Origin: Trichomonas gallinae
Lineage: Eukaryota
Reading direction: 5' to 3'
NCBI GenBank assembly: GCA_008369845.1
Contig: MRSU01004726.1
Location: 1 to 64,000 of the forward strand
DNA length: 64,000 nucleotides
How positions within the stretch are numbered: position 1 is the first letter of the stretch; each line of letters opens with the position of its first letter. A program made the position numbers and the translations under genes. Below are positions 22,984 to 33,972 of the stretch, one piece after another. A model generated the notes under the pieces. That model saw only the letters and a program-made list of their open reading frames with translations, was not told the DNA's origin and did no database searches.

Positions 22984-23721
22984 TTATTCGAATGTCTCAA
23001 AATCTTGAAAATCTTGGAAATTGAATTCTTGATCTGCTGATAGAGCTGACCATGATTCAGAACCAGAGAACCGCGGTGACAGACTGCTTGCTGCAAATTC
23101 TAACTGAGAATTTGGTGAAAGAGAATGAACAGCAATGTTTTGAGGTTGCGAGAAGTTTGGTGATATTGATGGAATCATTGCGCCAGCGCTCATTCTTGGC
23201 CGTGCGTTCATTTTTCTTCCTCTTTCTTTCATAAGAGCATTAATCTTATTTTTGATCTGATCGTAGCTTCTTCCTGGTAAATATGGCTTGTATTTTGAGA
23301 TACTGTTAGCAAAAATTTCCATTCTGCTCTTTATTATATTAATTTCATCTTGACTCCATTCATCTTTCTTTAATCCAGGTTTCAGATAGTTTAAATATCT
23401 TTGGTAGCATTGCTGGTATGTTCTTCCCGGCACTAATGATGCAACTTGCTGCCAGTTTTGAACTTCTCCATTCACTGAACACGTTTTTACTGCTTCTGAC
23501 AAAATGGCATCCTCTTCTTGGGTCCAGAATGACTTTTTATGCTGTACTTGTGGCGTTTTCTGGGAGGCAGGCCTTGGCAGCGCATTTTGTTGTATTGATG
23601 AGTTTCGATTTTGCTGAAAATTGATACCGAAAGGGTCTTCGTCACCATGACCCACTCCAAATGGATCCTCATTGGGTTGCGGATTGTCGCCAAAGTTCAT
23701 ACCAAATGGATCCTCATACAT
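22984..23721 (-). CDS. Myb-like DNA-binding protein, 245 aa
   Basis: WTQEEDAIL...NWQQVASLVPGRTYQQCYQRY..YLKP...WSQDE...LPGRSYDQIKN. Initiator TCACTT on the minus strand at 23750-23745. Confidence 0.93.
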   Translation of the reverse strand: MYEDPFGMNFGDNPQPNEDPFGVGHGDEDPFGINFQQNRNSSIQQNALPRPASQKTPQVQHKKSFWTQEEDAILSEAVKTCSVNGEVQNWQQVASLVPGRTYQQCYQRYLNYLKPGLKKDEWSQDEINIIKSRMEIFANSISKYKPYLPGRSYDQIKNKINALMKERGRKMNARPRMSAGAMIPSISPNFSQPQNIAVHSLSPNSQLEFAASSLSPRFSGSESWSALSADQEFNFQDFQDFETFE

Positions 23722-23930
23722 TCTGAATAATTTTTAGGTGTAAAAAGTGACAACTTTGAAAAGTTACAAATGATTTGTTCGGTGACAAAATTATTCAAAA
23801 TTTTGATAACAATGTGTACTAAAATATCCCACCTTTAGAAACCGCGGGATCAGTAGCTCATGAGGTCCAAAGTTCTCTAACCAGTAGCTCCATTTTCCAT
23901 CATTCTAAATTGCTTAGTTGACTTTTATTA

Positions 23931-24190
23931 CTTTTGACAATCAACAGATCATAATGACAAAATCTATTGATTTCCTATCGCAAAATCTGTTTTTCGGTCC
24001 ATATATAGAAGGATAAAGAGGCAATTACAGTGATACATATACTGCATGGCTTTTAAAACTTTTGACAATCAACATATTATATTGGCAAAATCTATTGATT
24101 CCTATTGCAAAATCTGATTATCGATCCATATATAGAGGGATTAGGAGGCTCATATTGGACGACCTATACTGTGTAGATATTTAAACCTTT
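23931..24190. repeat. Diverged tandem duplication, 2 copies, period ~128 bp
   Basis: CTTTTGACAATCAACA...CAAAATCTATTGATT...GCAAAATCTG...TCCATATATAGA starts at both 23931 and 24059. Confidence 0.85.
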
Positions 24191-24320
24191 GATATCCTTA
24201 TTTAGATTTTTCATTGTGATTTTAAGACTTTTGCCAATATATTGCTTACATGACAAAATGTCAAAAATATTTGACAAATTTTCATTTTGTTTTGGGGCAT
24301 TTTTGGTTGTTAGTTGTAAG

Positions 24321-25580
24321 TCAAAGCATGTTAGAGTTGTTTTTGAACGCGAGCTTTTTGATATAATAGAAGAATATTATTTGATATCTTGGGAATATTC
24401 TTCCTAATATATATGCTAATGTAAACGTTATTGCTAAGCTAAGAAGGAATAATTCGATATCTGTCTTAACTCTTGACTGTATGTTTTGTTTTTCTTTAAT
24501 TATTTTGTAATGCTTTCGGTCTTTAACAAATCCCAATTGATTGAGGTGTTTCTTATTTTGTGTTTTGCAAGCTTTATTTGTAATGTTTGATTTAATCACG
24601 TCATAATTCGAAAAAACTTCGACATCTATGTTTCCAGAGATGCAGCAATCAATAATCTGCCCAACTGTTCCATATGCGAAGTTTATCGTCGAACTTCTAT
24701 CGCGATTGTTTAAATAAAAGATAGAATTGGTTATAAGCATTTCTCCTTGGTTAAAATACATTAATAAAGCTGCAGCCGTTATTTTCTCATTGCTTTTATG
24801 CGAATTTCTAATGTAATTACAGTTTAAAATTGAAGCAGTTGATTTTTTCGTAATTACTTGACAACCATTGAATACTTCAGCCGAACAATGGAAGAAAGTC
24901 ACATATTTGTAATGTGATTCGCCTTTGGAGTCTTCCAAGGTGCCAACACATGATTGCGCGCTTGTTTTGGAATAATTTGAATCATCTACTAACATTCGAC
25001 CATTGGCTTCTCTGTACATAGAACCAAACAAAATTGACTCAGATTCTGCATGAATATTGAATGAAAGTAAAGATATAGAGTTTTCCGCTCTTATTGCTAA
25101 ATCTGGTGATTGCTGAGAAGCACCATTCTTTCTAAATGTACAGTATTGGACACTTATATCAGATTCAACATATATAGAACCAAATGAAGCATAACAATCG
25201 CCAAGTAAGCAATTTAATATATTAATCGGTTTTGACGAGTAAATTGCGGAGCCATTGATTTGATCGTTTCGGCATTTTATAAATTCGCAATTTGTAACGT
25301 TTGTACTGCTTGAATATTTTTGCTGATTATTAAAAACTCGATTTTCAATAATTTTATCACCATTGGAGAGATGTATACACGTATTTTGAAAGTTTTTGAA
25401 AACCGTTTTGTGTATATTGAGATTATTTATCGATGAATATGTTTTGAGAAAATTTCCAATGAAGTTATACGCATAAGAGCTACGTATTTTGAAATTAATC
25501 CCAATTCTATTCTGGCTTAAGGTGATTAGCGGCGAGTTTGAGAGAATTGAGATTTGGAGATTAGATAAAGTATAATTCAT
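24321..25580 (-). CDS. Beta-helix (Pmp-like) membrane-anchored protein, 419 aa
   Basis: NCEFIKC...GSAIY, CTFRKN, CNYIRN and SIFYLN repeats, plus a C-terminal TM segment (LFLLSLAITFTLAYILG). Confidence 0.7.
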   Translation of the reverse strand: MNYTLSNLQISILSNSPLITLSQNRIGINFKIRSSYAYNFIGNFLKTYSSINNLNIHKTVFKNFQNTCIHLSNGDKIIENRVFNNQQKYSSSTNVTNCEFIKCRNDQINGSAIYSSKPINILNCLLGDCYASFGSIYVESDISVQYCTFRKNGASQQSPDLAIRAENSISLLSFNIHAESESILFGSMYREANGRMLVDDSNYSKTSAQSCVGTLEDSKGESHYKYVTFFHCSAEVFNGCQVITKKSTASILNCNYIRNSHKSNEKITAAALLMYFNQGEMLITNSIFYLNNRDRSSTINFAYGTVGQIIDCCISGNIDVEVFSNYDVIKSNITNKACKTQNKKHLNQLGFVKDRKHYKIIKEKQNIQSRVKTDIELFLLSLAITFTLAYILGRIFPRYQIIFFYYIKKLAFKNNSNML

Positions 25581-26562
25581 CTTAAATAATGAACAGCAAA
25601 GTTAAATATATTCCAATAATAAAGTGATTAATCCAATAAATAATGCTTTATTCCAGCAATTTTTATTTCTTTAATTTCAATCCATTGAATTGAACTTTCT
25701 AAAAGAAATATATTCATAAACAACTAAAATTTAGCGATATATTGAATTATGGTATCAGATTCTATGATATTGAATATTGTCTCAAAATAGTTTTGATTTA
25801 TTAATTCATACATTGGAAACTGCATACCGAACTATTTATATGATTATCGATATGGTTAAAATTGATTAGATTGAATTTTTTGAAGTTTAAAACATTCAAT
25901 ATTCTTTATTCTGCAATTTTAAACATATCAATATATTTAATACAATTTGTGAAGTTATTTGATCGAATGAAATCTGCTCCTTATTGTATGGTTTCAAATT
26001 TGATAGACAAAATTGCGTGTTACGTTGACGTTGATTAATGACGACTTACAAAATCACATATGTATGTGAAATCAAATAGAATTAGCCGTATATTACATAT
26101 CTACTCTCTTGTTGCTCTTTTTATTTTGCTTTTTTTATCTAAGACAAGAAAAAATTTTTTACGTTGCGAATTGTTTATTAGAATTATTAGCAGGCCTGTT
26201 TTTTTATTTCATTTAAAAGTGTCAACTATAATAAAAAGTGTCATTTAAGAATAAAATTGACAGAAACAACTAAACCGAGTATACCATATAAATAATTTAA
26301 GGCTTCCATTTCGATAAAAAAAGTGGACTATAAATTTCAGACCATTTTTATTCAGTCTATGGTTGAAAATTATTGCACCCGCATATACTACTCCTTGTAT
26401 AAGTGCGAACGAACTAAGAATCGGATTTTACGCAAGATTCGATCTTCGCAATAACTGAACATAGCGTTCAATTTTTATATATTTCGACTCTATATGAGGA
26501 GAAGAAGCCAGCGACGAAGAAAAGATAAATTGTAAAAAATGAATAAAATAAATTTTTTATCG

Positions 26563-26573
26563 TCACTTCACTT
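26563..26573 (+). promoter_or_regulatory. Tandem initiator (Inr) elements TCACT-TCACTT
   Basis: TCACTTCACTT lies directly before ATG 26574 and matches the trichomonad Inr TCA(C/T)(T/A). Confidence 0.8.
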
Positions 26574-27428
26574 ATGTTCCACTTCCGCATTTTCGGCTGC
26601 ACTGACCTTCCAATCAAGGATGCTAACGGAAAGATCGACTCCTATGTTACAATCGAGACAAAGGGTAAGGACCAGAAGCCACGTGATATGGGCAGAACAG
26701 CTGTCGTTCAGAACGATCTCAACCCAACATACCCAGATAAGATCTTCGACGTCCCATCTGATGACTGCTACACAGTCAAGTTCACAGTCATGGACGAGGA
26801 TCCACTCAAGGACGACATGGCCTGCTGGATCAAGATCAAGGCTCCATCCCTTATGTTCAAGCTCGGTGAGAAGATCACAAAGCAGATGGTTGTCAAGAAC
26901 CCAGAGAACCATCCAAACTGCCGTCCAATGATCACATTCATGTGCACACTCGATGGTCAGCTTGCTGAGGATCACCCAGCTGCTCAGGAGGTTCCAAAGC
27001 CAAAGGCCGAGAAGGTTACACTCGAACCATTCACCGAGAAGTACAAGTTGAACTTCAACATCCTCGTTCTCCAGCCAGAGGCTAAGAAGTACTACTTCTC
27101 TGAGAACCAGAACACACCATCCTTCATCCAGAAGGACGGCGACAAGTACACAATCGACCCAGAAGGCCAGGGCAATCTTATCGTTGTTCCAGTTTGGAGA
27201 ACACAGCGCTCCTTCAAGAGGTCCGAGATCAAGGTTAGGTACAACGGCAAGGAGATCACACAGCTCCTTAAGTTCCGTGGTGAGTGGCTCATGAACAAGG
27301 CTCTCGTTCTTCCAGAGAACCAGGTTAAGGAATTCAAGCCAGTCCACCGTAACAACCACACAACAAACAAGTGGATCTCACTCCTCCCAGAAGAGCTTGC
27401 TCCAAAGGGCGACTACACCGAATTTTAA
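26574..27428 (+). CDS. C2-domain protein, 284 aa, strongly codon-biased (likely highly expressed)
   Basis: DLPIKDANGKIDSYV...GRTAVVQNDLNP...FTVMDEDPLKDD carries the C2 Ca-binding aspartates. C/G-ending codons (AAG, GAC, ATC, TTC) dominate. Confidence 0.9.
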   Translation: MFHFRIFGCTDLPIKDANGKIDSYVTIETKGKDQKPRDMGRTAVVQNDLNPTYPDKIFDVPSDDCYTVKFTVMDEDPLKDDMACWIKIKAPSLMFKLGEKITKQMVVKNPENHPNCRPMITFMCTLDGQLAEDHPAAQEVPKPKAEKVTLEPFTEKYKLNFNILVLQPEAKKYYFSENQNTPSFIQKDGDKYTIDPEGQGNLIVVPVWRTQRSFKRSEIKVRYNGKEITQLLKFRGEWLMNKALVLPENQVKEFKPVHRNNHTTNKWISLLPEELAPKGDYTEF

Positions 27429-28414
27429 ATAATTATCAGCACTTGAATTAACCTAGTTTCTCAGTTTAACAATGAACATATTTAAATTCCACATTTCTTC
27501 AATTATCGCCTTTTATTTCGGCAAATTGTGAGAAATTGTGAGTTCACTTTTTCTGAGTTTTATTTTTTTTATTCATCTTATGCCGAATGCTTGTTATTTC
27601 ACTTTTAATCTTTTTCATAATCGTTAGGCCTCAATCCTCCAAGATTTCGTTTTTTCGAAGTCTGTCGTTTTTTTTTATTTTCTGATTTCATTTCTTTTTA
27701 TTTTTTCTGGCTTTGTTTGTAAAGAATATAGACCACTAAAACACAACAATGAGTTTTCACGCTTAATTATATCTTAACTGTAATTTCTTCTTCCATTGTC
27801 TGATCGATTATCGTATTCTTATGCGATAAGAGTATATTTTTATTCTTTTATTCTTTTGTAGCTATTTTTGTCAATGCTTTGTTACAACCCAAGCTTTTGA
27901 ATAATATGTTTATGATTTTGTCATATTTTTTTGATCTTAGCAATCTAGATTTCAGTGGACATTTGCTTAATATCATATTAAATTACACCAATATATTTGC
28001 ATTTTCATGCACTGTGAATTCAACAATTAACTTTATTATTTTTGGATAAAATTTCAATTCTTAAATATAACATAGAACTTAAATTTAATATATAATATAG
28101 ATTCACAACCACCAAATTAGAATAATATTAAACTACAGCACGCTTGAAGTAATCATATTGAATGTGAATATAATAGATTAAGGTAATTGCATGAGTTATT
28201 CTTGAAATCATATAATCAATTGATCATTAAAGTCATTTGTATATATGATATTACTTAAAACCATACTTTTTCATGCGTTCAAAATAAATTCACTAATAAC
28301 TCGTCATTATTAGATATTTATATTCATAATTATACTTGTATTAAATCATGTTATTCAATTATCGATGAATAAAAAATTAATATAATATTTAAACAATTAC
28401 AACATATATTGGAT

Positions 28415-29656
28415 CTATTCTTCGTCTTTCTTCATCTTTTTCTGTTTTCTAGCTTCCTTTTTCGCGTCTTTCTTTGCTTTAATTACAGCTCTTGCGTTTG
28501 CAATGATTTCATCCATTCTTGGTCTAAATGGTAACAAGAATTTCCTACTGCTTAAATCAAATGCTGCTCTTCCTCCCTTGTTCCTTATGTTGAACTTAAC
28601 ACCATCAACGTCCAGCATCAATTTCACAGCATCTGAGTTTTCATATCTTGCAGCAATATGTAGTGGTGTGTCTCCATCATCATCTTGGTCATTTGGCGAA
28701 AGGTTCGCTGAATGAAGCAGAATGTTGACAAGCTTAGCATTGCCACATTTTGCTGCACAATGCAGAGCTGTTCTGTTATTCGATGTTTTTATTGATAAAT
28801 CAGCTTTTGGATTTTCGATGATGAATTTGACAGCATCGAGTTTTCCTTTGTAGCAAACTTCGTGTAATGCTGCTCTTCCGCCTTTATTCTTTGCATTTAT
28901 GTCACATCCGTTCTCACAGAGAAGTTTCATCATACTTAAATTATTCTGCAATGATGCGTAAATGAATGATGTGTTACCTTTATCGTCGGTTGAATCTATA
29001 AGATTTTTGTCTGTTTGCAAAATTCTCAAAACTTCTTGTTCATCAGTTGCTTTCACAGCCAATACTAAAAGGTTATCATGCTTGAGTGCTATATCTGTTG
29101 CCTGTTGGATGTGTGCTGTTAAAAGGTCCTTGATTTCAGGATTTTTAATGTTTAAAATTAAATTTTGTGAAAAAGTAACGCTAGCATCGAGAAGAATCCT
29201 TACAAATGGAATCTTGTTGACTGAAATAGCAAATTCTAAAGGTGTTTGATTATCAACTTCTTCATTTAGCTCAACAATTTTTTGAGATATTAATTCTTTA
29301 AATATTGGAACATTATCGAATTTAATGCATGTATGTAGACATCTATTAACTTTCGAGCCTTTTGAAAGGATTAATTTAAATCCATCAGCATTATTTGAAG
29401 CAATTGCAAAATGAATTGGAAGCATTTGTTGATTAGAACGATCAGTAATAGATAAATCAGCTTTATTTTCAAGCAAATAGTGTAAACATTTGGATGATTT
29501 TAGATAAGCTGCAACAGAAATAATCGGTGGATTGAATCTGAGCATTTCTGGAATCTTTTGGTTGTTTTCTGACTCGAATATGGTATCTACACTTTCAATT
29601 TGTGCAGCTATTGAATCAACAAGATCATCTTTAATGGAATAGAAAAGCTCCAACAT
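28415..29656 (-). CDS. Ankyrin-repeat protein, ~413 aa, Lys-rich C-terminus
   Basis: Repeats GNTSFIYA, GRAALHEV, RTALHCAA and GDTPLHIAA. First ATG is at 29656. Confidence 0.93.
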   Translation of the reverse strand: MLELFYSIKDDLVDSIAAQIESVDTIFESENNQKIPEMLRFNPPIISVAAYLKSSKCLHYLLENKADLSITDRSNQQMLPIHFAIASNNADGFKLILSKGSKVNRCLHTCIKFDNVPIFKELISQKIVELNEEVDNQTPLEFAISVNKIPFVRILLDASVTFSQNLILNIKNPEIKDLLTAHIQQATDIALKHDNLLVLAVKATDEQEVLRILQTDKNLIDSTDDKGNTSFIYASLQNNLSMMKLLCENGCDINAKNKGGRAALHEVCYKGKLDAVKFIIENPKADLSIKTSNNRTALHCAAKCGNAKLVNILLHSANLSPNDQDDDGDTPLHIAARYENSDAVKLMLDVDGVKFNIRNKGGRAAFDLSSRKFLLPFRPRMDEIIANARAVIKAKKDAKKEARKQKKMKKDEE

Positions 29657-30959
29657 TTTTGACACTTTTAAAATTTTTGTCAAAATTTTTGGAAATTGTC
29701 AAAAGACAATGTTGATGACATTTTATGATAATATAATATTTTTTTTATTCACATGAATTTATATTCGAATATGTGATCTAGCCATTAAATCCTGCTCATT
29801 TTTTAGCCATTAATTTATGTTTTATTTTTTTTTAACGGTTTGATTACTATTCATCATCATTAATATGTGAATTTTGGAACAAAGATTAATACGATTCATT
29901 ATTAAGGCATAATTTCCATTTTTAGTACTTTCAATTTCAAATCCAGTAAAACTAATTAATATTGATTCAATTCACTGGAATATATATACATGAACCATAA
30001 TCTTCAAAATTCTAATGGATTATGAAAGGATTCGCATGGAGTATTTTTATTGAAATTTATAATCTATATTTATCTAAGATTTAAGAAAACATATGTTACA
30101 GTTTACAGAAAATTTATAATATTTTTTATGTATGCGCTTACGAAATTGAAGTTTTTTGAATAAAATAAATTTTGTTTAGCTAAATAATAATCAGTTGGAT
30201 TCCCAATTCAAGGCCTAAGATTTTCTAGTCATAACTTGCCCTTTGGGCATCTTAGAAATAAGTTATCATCCAAAAAGGATCATTGTTTTCCGAACATATT
30301 GATAGACAATGTTAAGCGTATAATAATGAGGAGTTATCTAATGTTAAAAGTTTTCTTAAGTAAAATGCTGTTTTATAACATATTCATTCAATTGTTCAAG
30401 GAATGTAATGATATAAGGTTGCTTGTGAATTAATATTCATTGATTGGCATCTGCAATGATCTACTATAAGATTTAAACTCCGATCGATTTGTTTTTTATG
30501 ATCACGCAAACTTATCACTTTGCATATTCCAATTAACAGTTATACATATCTTTAACTGCTAAGACAAGTCTTTCCAAACTCTTTAAATTAATTTTGAAAT
30601 TTTGAGAAATTGCTAATTCATTGATTTCTTTGATAAAAATAGATATATTAATGCATGGAAAACCTAAATCCAAAAAGTGAGTGATAAAACTATAGTTTGA
30701 TTGTTACGCAATTGGATTTGTGTGTTTTGATGAATTCCTGATTATATTTTCCTCTGTTTGATAAAATCTAGATATTTGATGAAATGCATTCGAGTATATC
30801 TTTCCTTAGAGCAAAATTTTGATATCAAAAAAACAAAATTTTACAAAATAGCAAGAAATAACATACATGTATAACAGAAATTACGAATACAAATCTATGA
30901 GATACTATTACGCTAATAATTAACCATCAAAGATATTTGAATGATATCTTTGAAAATCG

Positions 30960-31292
30960 TCACGTAGCATATTGAATTTTATCAAACGCTGGGTAAATAC
31001 CAAATGTTTCTATTGGTGGAAGTATTTCCTTTTTGACTGGTGTTGATTTTGTTGGTGATTTTGATTTAGTCGGGTTGTTCGCTTGCATGGACATGTTTTT
31101 AGCCATCTCCCTATACCTAGCCCTTTCTGATTCCGGCAAGCTCTTCCATTGCTCAGATAAAACTTTTGATATATCGAGAGGCGAAAAAAATGGACATGCT
31201 TTATGTACTTGGTGCCTTATCTCTTTGCTAAATATGAAGAACCCAGTGGCACTCTTCTTTTGTTTATTAGGAGACGAAGAACCATTTTCCAT
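30960..31292 (-). CDS. HMG-box protein, 110 aa
   Basis: KKSATGFFIFSKEIR...P...DISKVLSEQWKSLPESERARYREMA. Confidence 0.92.
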   Translation of the reverse strand: MENGSSSPNKQKKSATGFFIFSKEIRHQVHKACPFFSPLDISKVLSEQWKSLPESERARYREMAKNMSMQANNPTKSKSPTKSTPVKKEILPPIETFGIYPAFDKIQYAT

Positions 31293-33972
31293 TTTTCAAC
31301 AAAATAATTTTTTTAGATTGTTTTTGGAAACAGGTTTCATTCAGCATATCTCATCCATATATCGAAATTTTTTATTGAAAACTTTTCAAATAACGCAAGC
31401 CAATGTTTAATTAATTTTTCATATTCAAAAAAATTGAATGGTAAAAATATCTACCTTTAAAACAACATACAACACGTTTTGAGCATTTTCCTATGGTTTT
31501 AAATTCAATTATCAATTTTTCTGGCAAAAAATTGCTATAGTCAACAAAAATATGTTCAAAATACTCAAATTATTGCTGTTAACCAAATATCTTACTAAAT
31601 CGAAATTGAATGGATATTCTCAATTTTGATTAACAAATTCAAAAGTTTATTCTGCAATTAAGTATACAGAATTAACACTGAAAAATATAGTGTGAGTAAA
31701 GATATATAGTTTCAATATATTTATGCACGGATTTCGCAAATTTAGGCGAATTTGCTCGAACAAATATTGAATTCATGGGCTTATAATGATCACAAATCTT
31801 TATTTGATAACAAATTTTAGTATACAATCATATTTTCATGTTTTCTTTCAACTATTTTGAGAATTTATTTTTTCAAAAAATTCAAATCTTGGTATAATAA
31901 GCTATATAATCCTAATCAAGGGATGTATTTTAAACTTATAATTGATTTTCTTAAGCTTTTTCTTTACATTTTTCCATGAAATCCGCTAGTTTCTTTGTAT
32001 GATATGACAATATATTAATAATTGTTTTTTTTGATTGATTTCATTAATTTGCAGCAATAAATTATCCTATTTAGGATTGATTTTTTAATTTGTTATCAAT
32101 TCTCCAATCTTTTGATTATAAAAATAGAATTATTTGTGCCTTTGCAATCATATCTAACAATTTTCAAATTGATTCTCAAAGATTTCAAAAAAATTTGAAA
32201 ATATTTTTCAAATCGCCTATTTTAGTTTTGGAAATGGAGATATAGTTTATATGGAGTTTCTGGAACTGATTTATACAAAGACCGAGCTCAAAAGCGTGCT
32301 AAATCGCGCTAAACGAAATGTATTTATTTTTCAATGCTTTTTTCAGTTTTGATAAGCGTCATCGGAAAATGTTGGTAGAAATCGTATAAACAGTCTAAAT
32401 TTCAACTAAAAACTCGATGTTTTAATTTTCAAAGGCAATGAAAATTCTCTTTCATTTCCAATCGCTTGAGATTTCGTTATAGCCACTTCAAAATATGAAA
32501 TTTCTCGCTATAAATGCATTCATTAGGCACTCTTATACCATAAAATATTAAAATAATTAAATGAATTTTTATTTTGAGAAATTTTTACGTAAGGTAACGG
32601 TCCTGAGATCATATACGAATAGCATTGTGCTTATCTCACATAAGTATATCAGAATATGAAAATGGTTCATGTTATTTCATGAAATATTTTGTTGATTTTG
32701 ATAAAAATATATTAAGACTTACCGTCAATGAAATCATTAACATTATATCCAAGAAAACATTATTTAGTTCGTATTTTCGATATAAATTGCATTTTTATTA
32801 TTTCTTATGAATATTTTGATGTAGTTGAAGACTTTAATCCATACATAATGATTAACTACAACAATGGAAGCATTAATGACCTTGATACTGCTGAAAATAG
32901 ATTATTCGGGGATAATTTTTATTCCAAGAAGTGGTATCAAAGAAATACCAATCTTTAAGTATTCAATTCAGGAATATGTATCATATCCATTACTGATTAC
33001 ATGATTTGCTTTTAATATTCTTGTTGAAAAATTTAGATTTGATTACACTAATTTTAGAATATGATTGCACACATCTATTATGATCTAATTATTCTTTATT
33101 CTCGGAAATTCATAAATATTTTTTTGTTGTTTTAGAATTTTTTAAATAACATCGCATTTTCTATTGATTAATATATTTCGTTCTATGATTTATATCTAAT
33201 GGCACTAATTCTGATGATCAATTGCTTAGGTTATATATTAAAAAATATCGAATATCAGAAATATAGATGCCAATATTGCTAATTAAAGTTATTGTGAGTG
33301 ATATAAGCGTGCTGATCTTAAAGGAACGCAGTAACTATGAGAAAAATAATTAATAATTAAAATCAAAGCACGTTTATCTCTGTATATTGAAATTTTCAAT
33401 GACCCATTCTCGGAATTAACGTATTTGTTTTATTCTCGATCGATATTTAATATTTGTTGTTTAACATTGATTATTTTTTTCTAATTTTTTTCCTTTCGCC
33501 ACTTTTCATTTTTCAATTCAGTATGATTTTTGTAAACATATCAAATCTTCACCATCATCCAATATATAAATAACTATGGTTCACATATTGGTGATGGTGG
33601 TGGGGGTGACGGAAACCTTATTCCCCTACTAGGTAAACCATAAAATAACTCTTTAACTAATCGTACTTCTTCTTATTTCTCATGTTTCTATTGTTTTTAT
33701 ATGCAATTTTTATTCTCAAAAATTCAACATGAATTATTTAAGAATTCTTAAAAAAAAATATATTTATTAAGCAATATTTCAATTTTACAATTTCCGTGTT
33801 GATTTAAAATCATAGTAAAATTTGTGACATGTTCATATTATCGCTAAATTCTTGGTCATTAAATATACGCAGCATAGTTTTTATAAACATATAATGAACA
33901 GAAATTATGAAAATTTGGATAAAATCTAAAATCTAAATTAATTTATAATCTTAATCTTTTACATACAAATAT

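Noticed and set aside
26372..26480. U1 snRNA (ATTGCAC plus an Sm-like AATTTTT)
   Set aside because: There is no ACTTAC 5' end or U1-70K loop at suitable spacing.
26568..27359. 263-aa antisense ORF over the C2 gene
   Set aside because: Explained by the strong codon bias of the sense gene (few TTA/CTA/TCA codons). It has no recognisable protein features.
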